64,000 nt of DNA from an uncultured Candidatus Rokubacteria bacterium (GCA_963762145.1 CAVXJS010000014.1:192001-256000); one strand, 5' to 3'; counted from the stretch's first letter, positions 50,910 to 62,223 are shown. Numbers and translations: made by a program. The notes: generated by a model from the letters alone, not told the origin.

Positions 50910-52340
50910 GTGAGCGCGTGGCGAATCGCCCTCCTGATGGGCCTGCTGGGGTTCGTCCCGACGCCGGCGCGGGCGGCCGAGCAGCACGACATGCGTCTCG
51001 TCGGCGCCCACGATCTGCAGGCCCGCTCCGCCTATCAGCCCGTGATCCACCAGCAGGGCGGCCGCTTCATCGCCTACGTCGGCCACCACGGCGGCCTGCG
51101 GATGAACCCGCTCACCGGCCAGATGGAGCAGAACGGCACCTCCATCGTCGACGTGACCGATCCAAGGCAGCCGAAGTACCTGCACCACATCCCCGGCGCG
51201 CCGGGTGAAGCGGAGGCGGGCGGCGCGGCGATGGCGCGCGTCTGCGACGGCAAGACGCTGCCGCGCGGGGCGCGCGAGAAGACCTATCTCCTCCGCACGC
51301 TCGGCAACCTGGCCCACGAGATCTGGGACGTGACCGATCCGGCCAAGCCCGCACTCGTCACCACGGTGCTCGACGGGCTCAAGAGCACGCACAAGAACTG
51401 GTGGGAGTGCGACACCGGCATCGCCTACCTCGTCTCCGACGGAGCGCCGCGCGGCTGGCGCACCAACCGGATGACCACGATCTACGATCTGAGCGATCCC
51501 ACGCAGCCGCGCTTCATCCGCGACTTCGGGCTGCCCGGTCAAGAGCCCGGCGCGACCGGCACGGCGCCCGAAGGCGTGCACGGGCCCATCGCGTACAAGA
51601 ACCGCGTGTACTTCGCCTACGGCACCGGCGCCAAGGGCGTGCTGCAGATCGTGGACCGCGAGAAGCTGCTCGCGGGCGATCCGCAGGCGCGGGAGAAGTT
51701 CGCGCCCACCGTCGAGAACCTGCTCTACCCGCAGATCGGCCGCCTCGACATGTCGCCGGCCTGGGGCGGGCACACCAGCTTCCCGGTGCTGGGGGTGCGC
51801 GTGCCGCACTGGTCGCCCGCGGTGCCGGGGCGCACCCGCGACTTCGTGCTGCTGGTCTCGGAATCGCTGCGCAACGAGTGCCAGGAGGTCCGCCAGCTCA
51901 GCTTCATGGTGGACGTCACCACCGAGAAGACGCCGTACTCGGTCGCCACCTTCGAGGTGCCCGATCCCACCGGAGACTTCTGCCGCCGGGGCGGCCGCTT
52001 CGGGCCGCACTCGAGCCACGAGTCGTTCACCCCGGTGTTCTACGGCCGGCTCGTGTTCCTCGCCTACTTCAACGCGGGCGTGCGCGCGGTGGACATCCGC
52101 GATCCGTTCCACCCGGTGGAGGCGGCCTACTTCATCCCGGAAGTCACCGCGAAGACCGACAAGCGCTGCGTGGAGGTGGCCGGCACCCCGCGCTGCAAGA
52201 CCGCGATCCAGACCAACAACGTGGAAGTGGACGACCGGGGCTACATCTACCTGGCGGACCGGGCCGACACCGGGCTCCACATCGTGGAGCTGACCGGGCC
52301 CGCCCGCGCCATCGCGAACCTACCCAGGACGAAGCCATGA
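50910..52340 (+). CDS. Secreted LVIVD-repeat beta-propeller protein
   Basis: Signal peptide, IVDVTDP, WDVTDP, YDLSDP, GRFGPH, AYFNAGVRAVDIRDP. Confidence 0.85.
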   Translation: MSAWRIALLMGLLGFVPTPARAAEQHDMRLVGAHDLQARSAYQPVIHQQGGRFIAYVGHHGGLRMNPLTGQMEQNGTSIVDVTDPRQPKYLHHIPGAPGEAEAGGAAMARVCDGKTLPRGAREKTYLLRTLGNLAHEIWDVTDPAKPALVTTVLDGLKSTHKNWWECDTGIAYLVSDGAPRGWRTNRMTTIYDLSDPTQPRFIRDFGLPGQEPGATGTAPEGVHGPIAYKNRVYFAYGTGAKGVLQIVDREKLLAGDPQAREKFAPTVENLLYPQIGRLDMSPAWGGHTSFPVLGVRVPHWSPAVPGRTRDFVLLVSESLRNECQEVRQLSFMVDVTTEKTPYSVATFEVPDPTGDFCRRGGRFGPHSSHESFTPVFYGRLVFLAYFNAGVRAVDIRDPFHPVEAAYFIPEVTAKTDKRCVEVAGTPRCKTAIQTNNVEVDDRGYIYLADRADTGLHIVELTGPARAIANLPRTKP

Positions 52341-53002
52341 GCCGATTCATCGACCTGTCCGTGACGGTGGACGAGAACACCTTCAGCCCGCCCTCGACCA
52401 ACATGAGGCTCGAGGTGACCCCGCATCGCCGCGGCCCCGGGTTCTGGCAGGTCTCGAGCGTGAACCAGAGCCTGCACACCGGCGCCCACATCGACTCGCC
52501 GCTGCACGTGTTCAAGAACGGCATCACCACCGCCGAGATCACGCTGGACCAGGTCATGGGCGAGGCGCTGGTGGTGGATCTCTCGTGGGTCGGGGCCAAC
52601 CACTCGATCACGATCGACGATCTCAAGAAGGGCGGGGCGGGCGACGTCAAGCGCGGGGACATCGTGCTGCTGCACACCGGGTGGACCGACAAGATGTACG
52701 GGCGCTGGCCCGACTACTTCACCCAGTCGCCCTTCTTTCCCCCCGAGGTCGCGCAGTGGCTGGTGGACCGCGGGCCCAAGAACATCGGGTTCGACTTCTT
52801 CGAGGAGTACTGCGCGCGCCTGCCCGAGTTCACCTCCGAGGACTTCGCGATGCACCGGGTGATCCTGGGCGCGGGCGTGGTCATCATGGAGGGGCTCACC
52901 AACCTGGGCGCGCTGCCCCGGCGCCGGGTCGAGTTCGCCGCGCCCTTCTACAAGATCGCGGGCACCGAGGGGGCGCCGGCGCGCTTCTTCGCCACCGTAT
53001 GA
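52337..53002 (+). CDS. Cyclase family metal hydrolase (kynurenine formamidase-like)
   Basis: HTGAHIDSPLH, IVLLHTGW, EGLTNL, EGAPAR. Confidence 0.9.
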   Translation: MSRFIDLSVTVDENTFSPPSTNMRLEVTPHRRGPGFWQVSSVNQSLHTGAHIDSPLHVFKNGITTAEITLDQVMGEALVVDLSWVGANHSITIDDLKKGGAGDVKRGDIVLLHTGWTDKMYGRWPDYFTQSPFFPPEVAQWLVDRGPKNIGFDFFEEYCARLPEFTSEDFAMHRVILGAGVVIMEGLTNLGALPRRRVEFAAPFYKIAGTEGAPARFFATV

Positions 53003-53754
53003 GCGGAGCCGACGGCGTCCTGCTGCGCACCGAGAACCTCACCCGCGCCTTCGGCAGCCTGGTGGCGGTCAACAATGTCTCTCTCGCGGTGCGCAAGGGC
53101 GAGCTACGCTCGATCATCGGGCCCAACGGGGCGGGCAAGACCACGTTCTTCCGCCTCGTCTCGGGCGAGATGGCGCCCTCATCCGGGCGCGTGGTCTTCC
53201 AGGAGGCCGACATCACCGGGTTCCCGCAGCACCGGGTGTGCCGGCTCGGCATCGCCAAGTCGTACCAGATCACGAACATCTTCCCGCACCTCTCGGTGCT
53301 CGAGAACGTGCGGGTCGCCGTGCAGGGCTACGCGCGCTCGTTCAACTTCTGGTCGCGCGCGGACGCGCTGACCGCCTGCCAGGAGCGCGCGGTCGAGCTC
53401 CTGGGCACCGTGAGCCTGTCGCGCCGGGCCGAGCAGCTCGCCGCGCATCTCTCCCACGGCGAGAAGCGGCACCTCGAGATCGGCATCGCGCTCGCCTCGG
53501 ATCCGGTGCTGCTGCTGCTGGACGAGCCGACCGCGGGCATGAGCCCGGAGGAGACCGACGAGACGATGGTGCTCATCCGCGCCCTGGCCCGCGACCGCAC
53601 CGTGGTGCTGGTCGAGCACAAGATGAAGCTCGTGATGGGCATCTCCGACCGGGTCACCGTGCTGCACCAGGGCCAGGTGCTGGCCGACGGCACGCCGGAC
53701 GAGATCCGCGCGAACCGCGTCGTGCAGGAGACCTACCTGGGAGCCTCGCGATGA
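52999..53754 (+). CDS. LivG-like ABC ATP-binding protein
   Basis: GPNGAGKTT, LSHGEKR, DEPTAG, EHKM. Confidence 0.9.
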   Translation: MSGADGVLLRTENLTRAFGSLVAVNNVSLAVRKGELRSIIGPNGAGKTTFFRLVSGEMAPSSGRVVFQEADITGFPQHRVCRLGIAKSYQITNIFPHLSVLENVRVAVQGYARSFNFWSRADALTACQERAVELLGTVSLSRRAEQLAAHLSHGEKRHLEIGIALASDPVLLLLDEPTAGMSPEETDETMVLIRALARDRTVVLVEHKMKLVMGISDRVTVLHQGQVLADGTPDEIRANRVVQETYLGASR

Positions 53755-54458
53755 GCCTCCTGGTCGTGGACGACATCCACACGTACTACGGCGAGGCCCA
53801 CATCCTGCAGGGCGTCTCGCTGACGGTGGGCGAGGGCGAGGTCGTGACGATGATCGGGCGGAACGGCGCGGGCAAGACCACCACGCTGCTCTCGATCATG
53901 GGCATCGCGCGGGCCCGGCGCGGCGCGGTGCGGCTGGGCGCCGCCGACATCACCCACCTCGAGACCCACGAGATCGTCCGGCGCGGCATCGGCTGGGTGC
54001 CGGAGGAGCGGCGCGTGCTGCCCAACCTGACCGTGCTCGAGAATCTCCGCCTCGGCATGATGGCGGGCGACGGCGCCGGCGCGGAGCAGCGCCTGGAGGA
54101 GGCGCTCCAGTACTTCCCGCGCCTGCGCGAGCGCATCGCCCAGAAGGGGCGCTTCCTCTCGGGCGGCGAGCAGCAGATGCTCGCGATCGCCCGCGGCCTG
54201 GTGGCACGGCCCAGCATCATGCTGGTGGACGAGCCGACCGAAGGACTCGCGCCGCTGCTCGTGCAGAGCCTCACCGACATCCTGCGCGAGATCAACAAGC
54301 GCGGCACCACCATCCTGCTGGTGGAGCAGACCCTCGAGGTCGCGATGGCCCTCTCGAACCGTTTGTACGTGATGGACCAGGGCCGCATCCAGTTCGAGGG
54401 CACGCCGGACGCGTTGCGGAGAGACCCGACGATCCAGCAGCGGTTCCTCCAGCTTTAG
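53751..54458 (+). CDS. LivF-like ABC ATP-binding protein
   Basis: GRNGAGKTT, LSGGEQQM, DEPTEGLAP. Confidence 0.9.
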   Translation: MSLLVVDDIHTYYGEAHILQGVSLTVGEGEVVTMIGRNGAGKTTTLLSIMGIARARRGAVRLGAADITHLETHEIVRRGIGWVPEERRVLPNLTVLENLRLGMMAGDGAGAEQRLEEALQYFPRLRERIAQKGRFLSGGEQQMLAIARGLVARPSIMLVDEPTEGLAPLLVQSLTDILREINKRGTTILLVEQTLEVAMALSNRLYVMDQGRIQFEGTPDALRRDPTIQQRFLQL

Positions 54459-54459
54459 G

Positions 54460-54546
54460 CCCCTCACCCCGACCCTCTCCCCAGAGGGGAGAGGGAGACC
54501 AGCGATCATAACCCTCTCCCCTCTGGGGAGAGGGGAGGGTGAGGGG
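54460..54546. repeat. BoxC/REP-like repeat, copy 6 (inverted pair)
   Basis: CCCCTCACCCCGACCCTCTCCCCAGAGGGGAGAGGG ... CCCTCTCCCCTCTGGGGAGAGGGGAGGGTGAGGGG. Confidence 0.85.
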
Positions 54547-54589
54547 CCCGTTCCACGCATTTCCCCTCCAGCCCCGTATACCCATCGTG

Positions 54590-55498
54590 ATGACGACGCG
54601 AGAGTGGGGGCTGATCGGCGTGCTGGCGATCCTGTGGGGCATGTCCTTCTTCTTCAGCAAGGTCGCCCTGGCGGAGCTGCCGCCCTTCACGCTGGTGCTG
54701 GGGCGCTTCGGGATCGCGGCGCTGGCCCTGCTGGTGGCCGCGCGCCTGGGTGGTCACCGCATCCCGCGCTCGCCGCGCGTGTGGGCCGGATTCTTCGCGC
54801 TGGGCGCGCTCAACAGCTTGATCCCGTTCGGGCTCATCGCGTGGGGGCAGGTGCAGCTCACCAGCGGCCTCGCCTCCATCCTGAATGCGACGACGCCGCT
54901 GTTCACCGCGCTGGTCGCGCACGCGTGGGGCGATGAGCGGCTGACGGCCAATCGCATTGCCGGCGTCCTGGTGGGCCTGGTGGGCGTCGGTGTCCTGATC
55001 GGTCCCGGCGCGCTCGAGCATCTGGGCGCGCACACGCTGGCGGAGCTGGCTATTCTCGGCGCGGCTGTCTCCTACGCCTTCGCGGGCAGCTATGGTCGCC
55101 GTTTCCGCAGCATGCCTCCGGTCGTGGCGGTGGCCGGCATGATGAGCACCGCGGCGATCATGGCGCTGCCGTTCGCGCTGGCGATGGACCGGCCGTGGAC
55201 GCTCGCGGTGGGCGCGCGGACGTGGGCCGCGCTGCTTGGCCTGGCCTTGCTCAGCACCGCGCTCGGCTTCGTGATCTATTTCCGCGTGCTGGCCACCGCC
55301 GGCGCCACGAATGTCATGCTCGTGACCCTGCTCATGCCGGTCGTCGCGCTTCTGGCCGGTTCCCTGATCCTGGCCGAGCCGGTGACGGGCGCCGCCCTCG
55401 CGGGCATGGCACTCATCGGCGCTGGCCTGCTGGCGATCGACGGCCGCCTGCTCGGTGCCCGGCACGCCGCCGACCCGCCGGCGTCGAAGGCGGCGTGA
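54590..55498 (+). CDS. DMT/EamA family transporter
   Basis: LWGMSF, LPPFT, SGLASILNATTP, about 10 TM segments. Confidence 0.9.
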   Translation: MTTREWGLIGVLAILWGMSFFFSKVALAELPPFTLVLGRFGIAALALLVAARLGGHRIPRSPRVWAGFFALGALNSLIPFGLIAWGQVQLTSGLASILNATTPLFTALVAHAWGDERLTANRIAGVLVGLVGVGVLIGPGALEHLGAHTLAELAILGAAVSYAFAGSYGRRFRSMPPVVAVAGMMSTAAIMALPFALAMDRPWTLAVGARTWAALLGLALLSTALGFVIYFRVLATAGATNVMLVTLLMPVVALLAGSLILAEPVTGAALAGMALIGAGLLAIDGRLLGARHAADPPASKAA

Positions 55499-56705
55499 TG
55501 GCGACCTCGGGGTTCCCGCGGCTGGCATGGTCGAACCTGGCCGCGCAGTCGGCCGAGCAGATCGGTCTGGCCGCGGCGCCGCTCGTGGCGGTGCTCGCGC
55601 TCGGCGCGGGCGCGGGCGGGACCGGATTCCTTCAGACCGCGGCGACGCTGCCGTTCCTGCTCCTGGCCATTCCCGCGGGGGTGCTCGCCGATCGCATGCC
55701 GCGGCGCCGGCTGATGGCCGCCTCGGAGGCGGTGCGCGCCCTCGCGCTGGTGGGCACGCTCGCGCTCGCGCAATCCGGTCGGCTGACCTTGGCGCTGCTC
55801 GCGCTGCTCGCCTTCGTGGGCGCGTGCGGGACGGTCGCCTACAGCGTGGCCGCCCCCGCGCTGGTGCCGGCCCTGGTGCCGCCGGCCGGGCTCGCGGCCG
55901 CGAACGCGCGGCTCGAGCTGGCGCGCACGGTGGCCTTCATGGGCGGCCCCGCGCTCGCCGGCGCGCTCGTGGCGTGGTCGGGGGCGGTCACCGCGTTCGC
56001 GGTCGCGGGCGCCCTCTCGATCGGCGCGGTCTTCCTGCTCGCCGGGTTGCGCGAGCCGGCGCGCCCGCCCGCGCCGGCCGGGCACCCACTCGGTGATCTG
56101 CGCGAGGGCGTGGCCTTCACGTTCCGCCATTCGCTGCTGCTGCCGATCCTGATCACCCAGTTCGTGTTCAACACCGCGTTCTTCGTGCTGCAGGCGGTGT
56201 ACGTGCCGTACGCGGTGCACGGCTCGGGCTTTCCGCCTCCGGCGTGGGGCTGACGCTCGCGATCTACGGCGTGGGGATGGTGGTCGGGGCGCTCCTGGCC
56301 GGCCGGGCGATCCGGGCGCTGCCCTTCGGCGTGGTGATCGTGATCGGCCCCATCGCCGGGCTGGCCGCCGCGCTCGTCATGGTCGCCACGATCTGGGTGC
56401 CCACCCCGCTCCTGGCCGGGTTCAGCTTCTTCCTGATCGGGGTCGGGCCGATCCTGTGGACCATCAGCACCACCACGCTGCGCCAGATGGTGACGCCGTC
56501 ATTCTTGCTCGGCCGCGTGTCCGCGATCAACATCGCGGTGTACGGCTCGCGGCCGCTGGGCGCGGCCCTCGGGGCGCTGGTCGGCGGGCTCTACGGCGCG
56601 GAGACCGCCCTTGCGGTCGCGGCGGTGGGGTTCCTGGCGCAGGCGATCGTCATCCTCGTGTCGCCGGTGCGGAATCTGGTCCGCCAGTCTGACCTGGCCG
56701 CCTAG
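55498..56705 (+). CDS. MFS transporter, frameshifted near 56225
   Basis: GVLADRMPRRRL motif A in the first part. C-terminal half (LRQMVTPSFLLGRV) continues in another frame. Confidence 0.82.
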
Positions 56706-56800
56706 CCACACCGTCCTTGAGCGAAGAACGGCGCGGACGAGGTGGTCTCGCCCGCGCCGCCCTGAGGTCCGGAGCGGGTTAGCTGGAGCTAGCTCCGGCT

Positions 56801-57184
56801 CTACACCTCGCTGGGCATCGCCTGAATCTCGGTGGCGATGAGCCGACCGTCCCGGGTCACGTAGGACGCCTTCACCTTGGCGCCCTCGCGGATCCCGGCC
56901 AGGGTCGAGTCACGCCCGTCGACGCTGATCCGTGTGTCAGGGGAGACCTCCAGCGTCTTGCCGAACCACCCGAACAGGCCCGACGAGACGCGCATCTTGC
57001 TGCTCGCCGGATCGACCTTGCTCACCGTGCCTTCTACCGTCCCGGTCGTCGTGGGCGCCAGCTCGCCGGCGGGACGCTCCACGCCGGGGCTGGGCCTCGG
57101 CGTCGGCGTCTGGGCCCAGCCGGTTCCGGTCGCCACTGCCATCATCGCCACTCCCACCATCGTCGTGCGCACGCGGGTTCCCAT
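56801..57184 (-). CDS. Small secreted OB-fold-like protein
   Basis: AAAGGAG RBS, signal peptide, VEGTVSKVD...IREGAKVKASY. Confidence 0.75.
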   Translation of the reverse strand: MGTRVRTTMVGVAMMAVATGTGWAQTPTPRPSPGVERPAGELAPTTTGTVEGTVSKVDPASSKMRVSSGLFGWFGKTLEVSPDTRISVDGRDSTLAGIREGAKVKASYVTRDGRLIATEIQAMPSEV

Positions 57185-57234
57185 CCTGAATTCTCCTTTC
57201 CGTGTCGTTCTCGCGACTTACCAGGGATGAGTGC

Positions 57235-57250
57235 CGCATGGTGCGTGCCA
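57235..57250 (-). promoter_or_regulatory. Putative sigma54 (-24/-12) promoter
   Basis: TGGCACGCACCATGC on the minus strand (GG-N10-GC), about 50 nt upstream of the ATG at 57184. Confidence 0.5.
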
Positions 57251-57368
57251 GGGCCGCTCGGTCCCTGAGGTTCCGGGGTCGAGCGCGAGATGGGGGAGAT
57301 GGCGCCCCGGCGAGCCGACAGGCTTACCGAGCACTTCTTACAGCGCGCCCCTGATCGGGGTGCTGCGA

Positions 57369-58445
57369 TCAGGCGACGGAAGCTTTTTCCAGCGGCGGCC
57401 GGAACTCCGGCATGACCTTCTCGGCGAACAGCCGCAGGCTCTGCATCGCCTTCTCGTGGCCGTAGTACGGCGGGTAGTGGAGCAGCAGCGAGGTGAGCCC
57501 GGTCTTGTGGCGCAGCTCGCGCAGCTTGGCGATCACGGTGGTGGGCGAGCCGTGCAGGAGCGTGGTGGCGGCCAGGTCGTCGTAGGTGAGCCCCTCCGCG
57601 CGATTCTTCTCCGAGACGTTGCCGAGGTAGCCCGCGGTGCCCGCGCCCATGAAGTGGCTGATGTGGCGGACGATGCCCTGCTCGGTGTCGCGCTTGGCCG
57701 CCGCGTCGCTCTCGGCCACGTAGACCCAGCGCGCGATGTCCACCTTGCCGAAGGCCGGGTTCCGGTCGAGCGGCGCCGGCGCGTCCTTCAGGTGGCTCTT
57801 GTAGAGGCCGATCTGCTTGGCCAGGGTCTCGGCGGACGGAAGCGTGGACAGCATGAGGCCGAAGCCATGTCGCGCGGCGTAGCCGAGCGACCGGTCGGTG
57901 GCGCCCGCCATGAAGAGCGGCGGGTGCGGCTCCTGCTGGCTCACCGGGAAGATCTCGTAGTCGCCCTCGATCACCGAGCGGAAGTTCGGGCCCTCGTGCC
58001 GGGTCCGGCGCTTGTGCAGGAGCTCGAGGATCAGGTCGATCGCTTCTTCCTGGACGTCGCGGCGGGCGTCGAAATCGCGGCCGAAGCCCTCGAACTCGTA
58101 CGGGCGGTAGCCGGAGCCCAGGCCCAGGACGACGCGGCCCCCCGAGAGGATGTCCACGAAGGCCATGTTCTCGACGACGCGGATGGGGTCGTAGAGCGGG
58201 ACGGTCACCACCGCGGTGCCCAGGCGGATGCGCGAAGTTTGGGCAGCCAGGTACCCCATGCAGGTGAAGACGTCCGGCATGATCCCGTACTGGTTCGAGA
58301 AATGGTGCTCGGCGACCCAGGCCGTGTCGTAGCCCAGGCGGTCGGCGGCCTGGATCTCGGCGGTGACGCGGGCGTGGACGGCGCGGTGCGGGTAGGGCTC
58401 GGTGGCGTGGTTGGGGTGCGACGTGAACAGGACGCCGAATTCCAT
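57369..58445 (-). CDS. LLM class flavin-dependent oxidoreductase
   Basis: LGYDTAWVAEHHF, GLGSGYR, QEPHPP, FAEKVMPEF. Confidence 0.92.
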   Translation of the reverse strand: MEFGVLFTSHPNHATEPYPHRAVHARVTAEIQAADRLGYDTAWVAEHHFSNQYGIMPDVFTCMGYLAAQTSRIRLGTAVVTVPLYDPIRVVENMAFVDILSGGRVVLGLGSGYRPYEFEGFGRDFDARRDVQEEAIDLILELLHKRRTRHEGPNFRSVIEGDYEIFPVSQQEPHPPLFMAGATDRSLGYAARHGFGLMLSTLPSAETLAKQIGLYKSHLKDAPAPLDRNPAFGKVDIARWVYVAESDAAAKRDTEQGIVRHISHFMGAGTAGYLGNVSEKNRAEGLTYDDLAATTLLHGSPTTVIAKLRELRHKTGLTSLLLHYPPYYGHEKAMQSLRLFAEKVMPEFRPPLEKASVA

Positions 58446-58614
58446 GCGGGAGCCTCCGGACGTGGATTGGGCAATGGGGCGTGAGTTGGCGTCGAGTCTA
58501 GCAGAAAGCGTCTTGCCAGGGACCGGGCGGGTCGTGGTATCTTCCGTGGACTTAACGCCCTCGGTCCGGACTCAGACGCGTCCCGAAGTGGAGACCCCAA
58601 AGGAGGGGAACGCC

Positions 58615-60301
58615 ATGGCCGATTCGGTTCCTTACAAGTCCAGAGCCCGCAAGAATGGGGTGAGTCGTCGGTCCTTCCTCAAGACCCTCGGCGTCGCCGG
58701 GGCGCGCGAGCACCGCGCCGGCGTTCCTCCGCTCCCGCGGACGCGCAGGAGACTCTGACTCCGTACCGTGACCCCGCCGCCAAGCGCGGCGGCACCCTGC
58801 GCTACGGCGTCCACACCGCCCCCGCCCACTTCGACGTGCACCAGTCGGGGACGGTGGCGAACATCGGCGCGCAGAGCCCGATGTACGACACCCTGCTCCG
58901 GCGCGACCCGCGTGACGGGCAGACGATCATCCCGGACCTGGCCTTCAAGTGGGACGTCGCCCCGGACGGCAAGAAGTACACCTTCCATCTCCGCAAGGGC
59001 GTCAAGTTCCACGACGGCGCCGACTTCACCGCGGAGGACGTCAAGGCGACCTACGACCGGATCATCCACCCGCCCAAGGGCGTGGTGATCCCGCGCTCCT
59101 CGCTGTTCACCGCGGTCGGCGAGGTCGTGGTGCTGGACCCGCACCGCATCGAGTTCCGGCTCACCGAGCCGCGGCCCCGTCCGTTCATGCTGGGCGCCTT
59201 CGCGAGCGGCTGGAACATCATCGTGCGCAAGAAGACCCTCGACGACAACCAGGGCAACCTCCGCCAGGTGATGAACTACCCGGGCACCGGGCCTTTCAAG
59301 CACGTCTCGCGGAAGGACAAGGAAGTCTGGAACATGGAGAGGAACCCCAACTACTGGAACAAGGGGCTGCCGTACGTCGACAAGCTCGAGGTCTACCACA
59401 TGCCGCCGTTCTCGCCGGAGCTGGGCGCGGCGTTCCTGTCCGGCAAGCTCGACTACGCGCGGCTGCTGGACCCGGTGTCGTGGCGCAAGGCCAAGGAGAT
59501 GCCGGGCGTGACCGCGGCCGCCTTCAACCAGTCGCGTGGTCCAGGCGGTCTTCTTCAACCAGAAGAAGAACAAGGCGCTGCAGGATCCGCGGGTGCGCCG
59601 GGCCATGCACCTGGCGCTGGACAAGCACGTGCTGGTGGATGTGGTCAAGGACACCGCGCCCATGCAGATCGGGGGCATGGTGTATCCGTTCCACGAGATG
59701 TCCACCCCGAAGGCGGAGCTGGAGAAGCGGCTCGGCTACCAGAAGGACCCGAAGGCCGCGATCCAGGAAGCCAAGAAGCTCATGCAGGCGGCCGGCTACG
59801 GCCAGGGGCTCAAGAACCTCGACTTCCTGGTGCGCGAGGCCAACACCTTCAAGCTCTGGGCGGTCGCCATCCAGGCCATGCTGAAGGAGCATCTCAACGT
59901 CGAGACCAACATCCGGGTGGTCCAGATCTCCCAGTGGTTCGAGGAGGCGGCCGCCGGCAACTTCGACCTGGCCATCAGCGCGATCGTGTCCTCGCTGATG
60001 GACCCGTCCGACTACTTCACCGCGTGGTACGGCAAGGAAGGCCCGCAGAACTACTCGAGCTGGACCAACGAGCAGTTCCACGCGCTCGCGCGGAACATCG
60101 AGCGGGAGGTGGACGACAACAAGCGCAAGACCATGGTCCGGCAGGCGGAGGACATGCTGGAGGCCGACCCGCCGCTGATCCCGGTGTCGTACGAGCAGAT
60201 CTACGACGCCTGGTACAACAAGGTGCGCGGCCAGAACCCGCAGCACCTACTTCGGCATCTACGACGTGGTGCGCTGGGACCAGGTCTGGATGCAGTCCTA
60301 G
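58615..60301 (+). CDS. Peptide/nickel-type ABC substrate-binding protein (family 5, Tat-exported), several frameshifts
   Basis: AAGGAGG RBS, SRRSFLK Tat motif, KRGGTLR, LRKGVKFHDG..FTAEDV, GTGPF, DPRVRRA. Indels near 58700-58745, 59535 and 60245. Confidence 0.82.
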
Positions 60302-60317
60302 ACCCGGACTCTCGCTC

Positions 60318-61275
60318 GTGCAGAAGTACCTGCTGCGGAGGGCGTTTTTCGCCCTGGGCACCTTGATCGGGGTCTCCCTGATCATCTTCGTGGTGCTGCG
60401 CATCCTGCCGGGCGATCCGCTGGTGGCCATCCTCGGCGTCGAAGGCCACGCCAAGATGGCGCCGGCGGATCGCGCGGCCATCATGCGGGATCTCGGCCTG
60501 TCCGACTCGCTGCCGGTGCAGTACGTGCGCTGGATGCGGGACATCGCCACCGGAGAGCTCGGCAAGTCGTTCTTCCGTGGCGACACCGTGCCGTGACCTC
60601 ATCCTCCACCGGGGGCCGCTCTCCGCGGAGATCGCGGTCCTCGCGCTGATCATTTCGTGGTTGGTCGGCCTGCCGGTGGGCATCTTCAGCGCGATCCGCC
60701 CCAACGGCTGGGCCGACGCGGTGGTGCGCTCGCTCTCGGTCCTCTTCATCGCGGTGCCCGGGTTCTGGCTCGGGCTCCTGATCGTTCTGGCCCTGCTTTT
60801 CTGGTTCGGCTACAAGGCGCCGATCATCATCGTGCAGCTCTGGGAGAACCCCTGGCAGAACTTCCAGCTCATCATCGGACCTGCGATGGTGCTCGGCCTG
60901 GCCCAGGGCGCCTACATCGCCCGCATGGCCCGCTCCTGCCTGCTGGAGGTGATCCGCGAGGACTACGTGCGCACCGCGCGGGCGAAGGGCACGCTGGAGC
61001 GCTCGGTGGTGTTGCACCACGCGCTGCCCAACGCGCTCCTGCCCGTGATCACCATCTCCGGCGTGCTGCTGGGGTTCGTGCTCGGCGGCTCGGTGGCGGT
61101 CGAGCAGGCCTTCGGCGTGCCCGGGCTCGGCCGGGCTCTCGTGGTGGCCATCGTCGAGCGCGACATCATCGTGGTGCAGAATCTCGTGCTGCTCTACGCG
61201 GGGATCTTCGTGCTGGTCAACGTCCTGGTGGATATGAGCTACGCCTGGCTCGATCCTCGGATCCGGTACCAGTAG
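60318..61275 (+). CDS. dppB: Peptide ABC permease, frameshifted near 60590
   Basis: YLLRR, PGDP, QYVRW..GELGKS, EDYVRTARAKG, AWLDPRI. Confidence 0.82.
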
Positions 61276-61283
61276 GCGTCCCC

Positions 61284-62216
61284 ATGCCAAGTCATGCGAT
61301 CCGCGAGCTCGGGGGCTTCGCCCGCCGCAACAAGCTGTCGGTCCTCGGCGGCCTCGTCGGCTTGCTGGTCGTCTTGGTTGCCCTCACCGCGCCCTGGATC
61401 GCGCCGCGCGATCCGCTGAAGGCGGACTTCCGGCGGATGAACAAGCCGCCCGACACGCAGTCCTTTTTCGGCACCGACCAGGTGGGCCGTGACACGCTGA
61501 GCCGGGTGATGTACGGGGCGCGCACCTCGCTCTTCGTGGCGTTCGCCGCGGTGCTGCTCGGCACCACGGTGGGCTCGCTCTGGGGCGTGGCCTGCGGCTA
61601 CCTGGGCGGCCGCTTCGATCTGGTCAGCCAGCGGATCATGGAGGTCTTGCAGGCGTTTCCGGACCTCATCCTGGCCATGGCGATCTCGATGGCCATCGGG
61701 ACCGGTCTGCCCGCGGTCATCGCGGCCATCGCGGTCACCCGCATTCCGTTCGGCGGACGCGTGATCCGCTCGGTGGCCATCAGCGTGCGCGAGATGCCGT
61801 TCGTCGAGGCCGGTCGGGCAGCCGGCGCCTCGCAGCTCCGGGTCATGACCCTGCACGTGCTGCCGCAGTGCGTGGCTCCCTACCTGGTCCTCGCCACCAC
61901 CCACCTGGGCGTCGCGATCGTCATCGAGGCCGCGCTCGGGTTCCTCGGCGTCGGTGTCCCGCCCCCGACGCCGACCTGGGGCAACATGCTGGCGGACGCG
62001 ATCACCGGCCTCATCCCGCACTGGTGGCTGGTGCTGTTCCCCGGCCTGGCGATCACCGTCACCGTGCTCGCGTTCAACCTGCTCGGCGACGGCATCCGCG
62101 ACACGCTGGACCCGAAGCTCTCGCCGGCGGTGCTTCGCCTCGTGACCGGCTCCGGCAAGTCCCAGGCCACGCCCGCCCCCGCCACGGTAGGCAAGCCCTC
62201 CGACGCGACCGCCTAG
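61284..62216 (+). CDS. dppC: Peptide ABC permease
   Basis: FGTDQVGRDTLSR, LGFLGVGVPPPTPTWG, FNLLGDGIRDTLDP. Confidence 0.9.
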   Translation: MPSHAIRELGGFARRNKLSVLGGLVGLLVVLVALTAPWIAPRDPLKADFRRMNKPPDTQSFFGTDQVGRDTLSRVMYGARTSLFVAFAAVLLGTTVGSLWGVACGYLGGRFDLVSQRIMEVLQAFPDLILAMAISMAIGTGLPAVIAAIAVTRIPFGGRVIRSVAISVREMPFVEAGRAAGASQLRVMTLHVLPQCVAPYLVLATTHLGVAIVIEAALGFLGVGVPPPTPTWGNMLADAITGLIPHWWLVLFPGLAITVTVLAFNLLGDGIRDTLDPKLSPAVLRLVTGSGKSQATPAPATVGKPSDATA

Positions 62217-62223
62217 GCCGGGC

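Noticed and set aside
56720-56800. Two hairpins between convergent genes as a novel ncRNA
   Set aside because: Short GC-rich stems (including AGCTGGAGCTAGCTCCGGCT) are adequately explained as terminators, and there is no promoter evidence.
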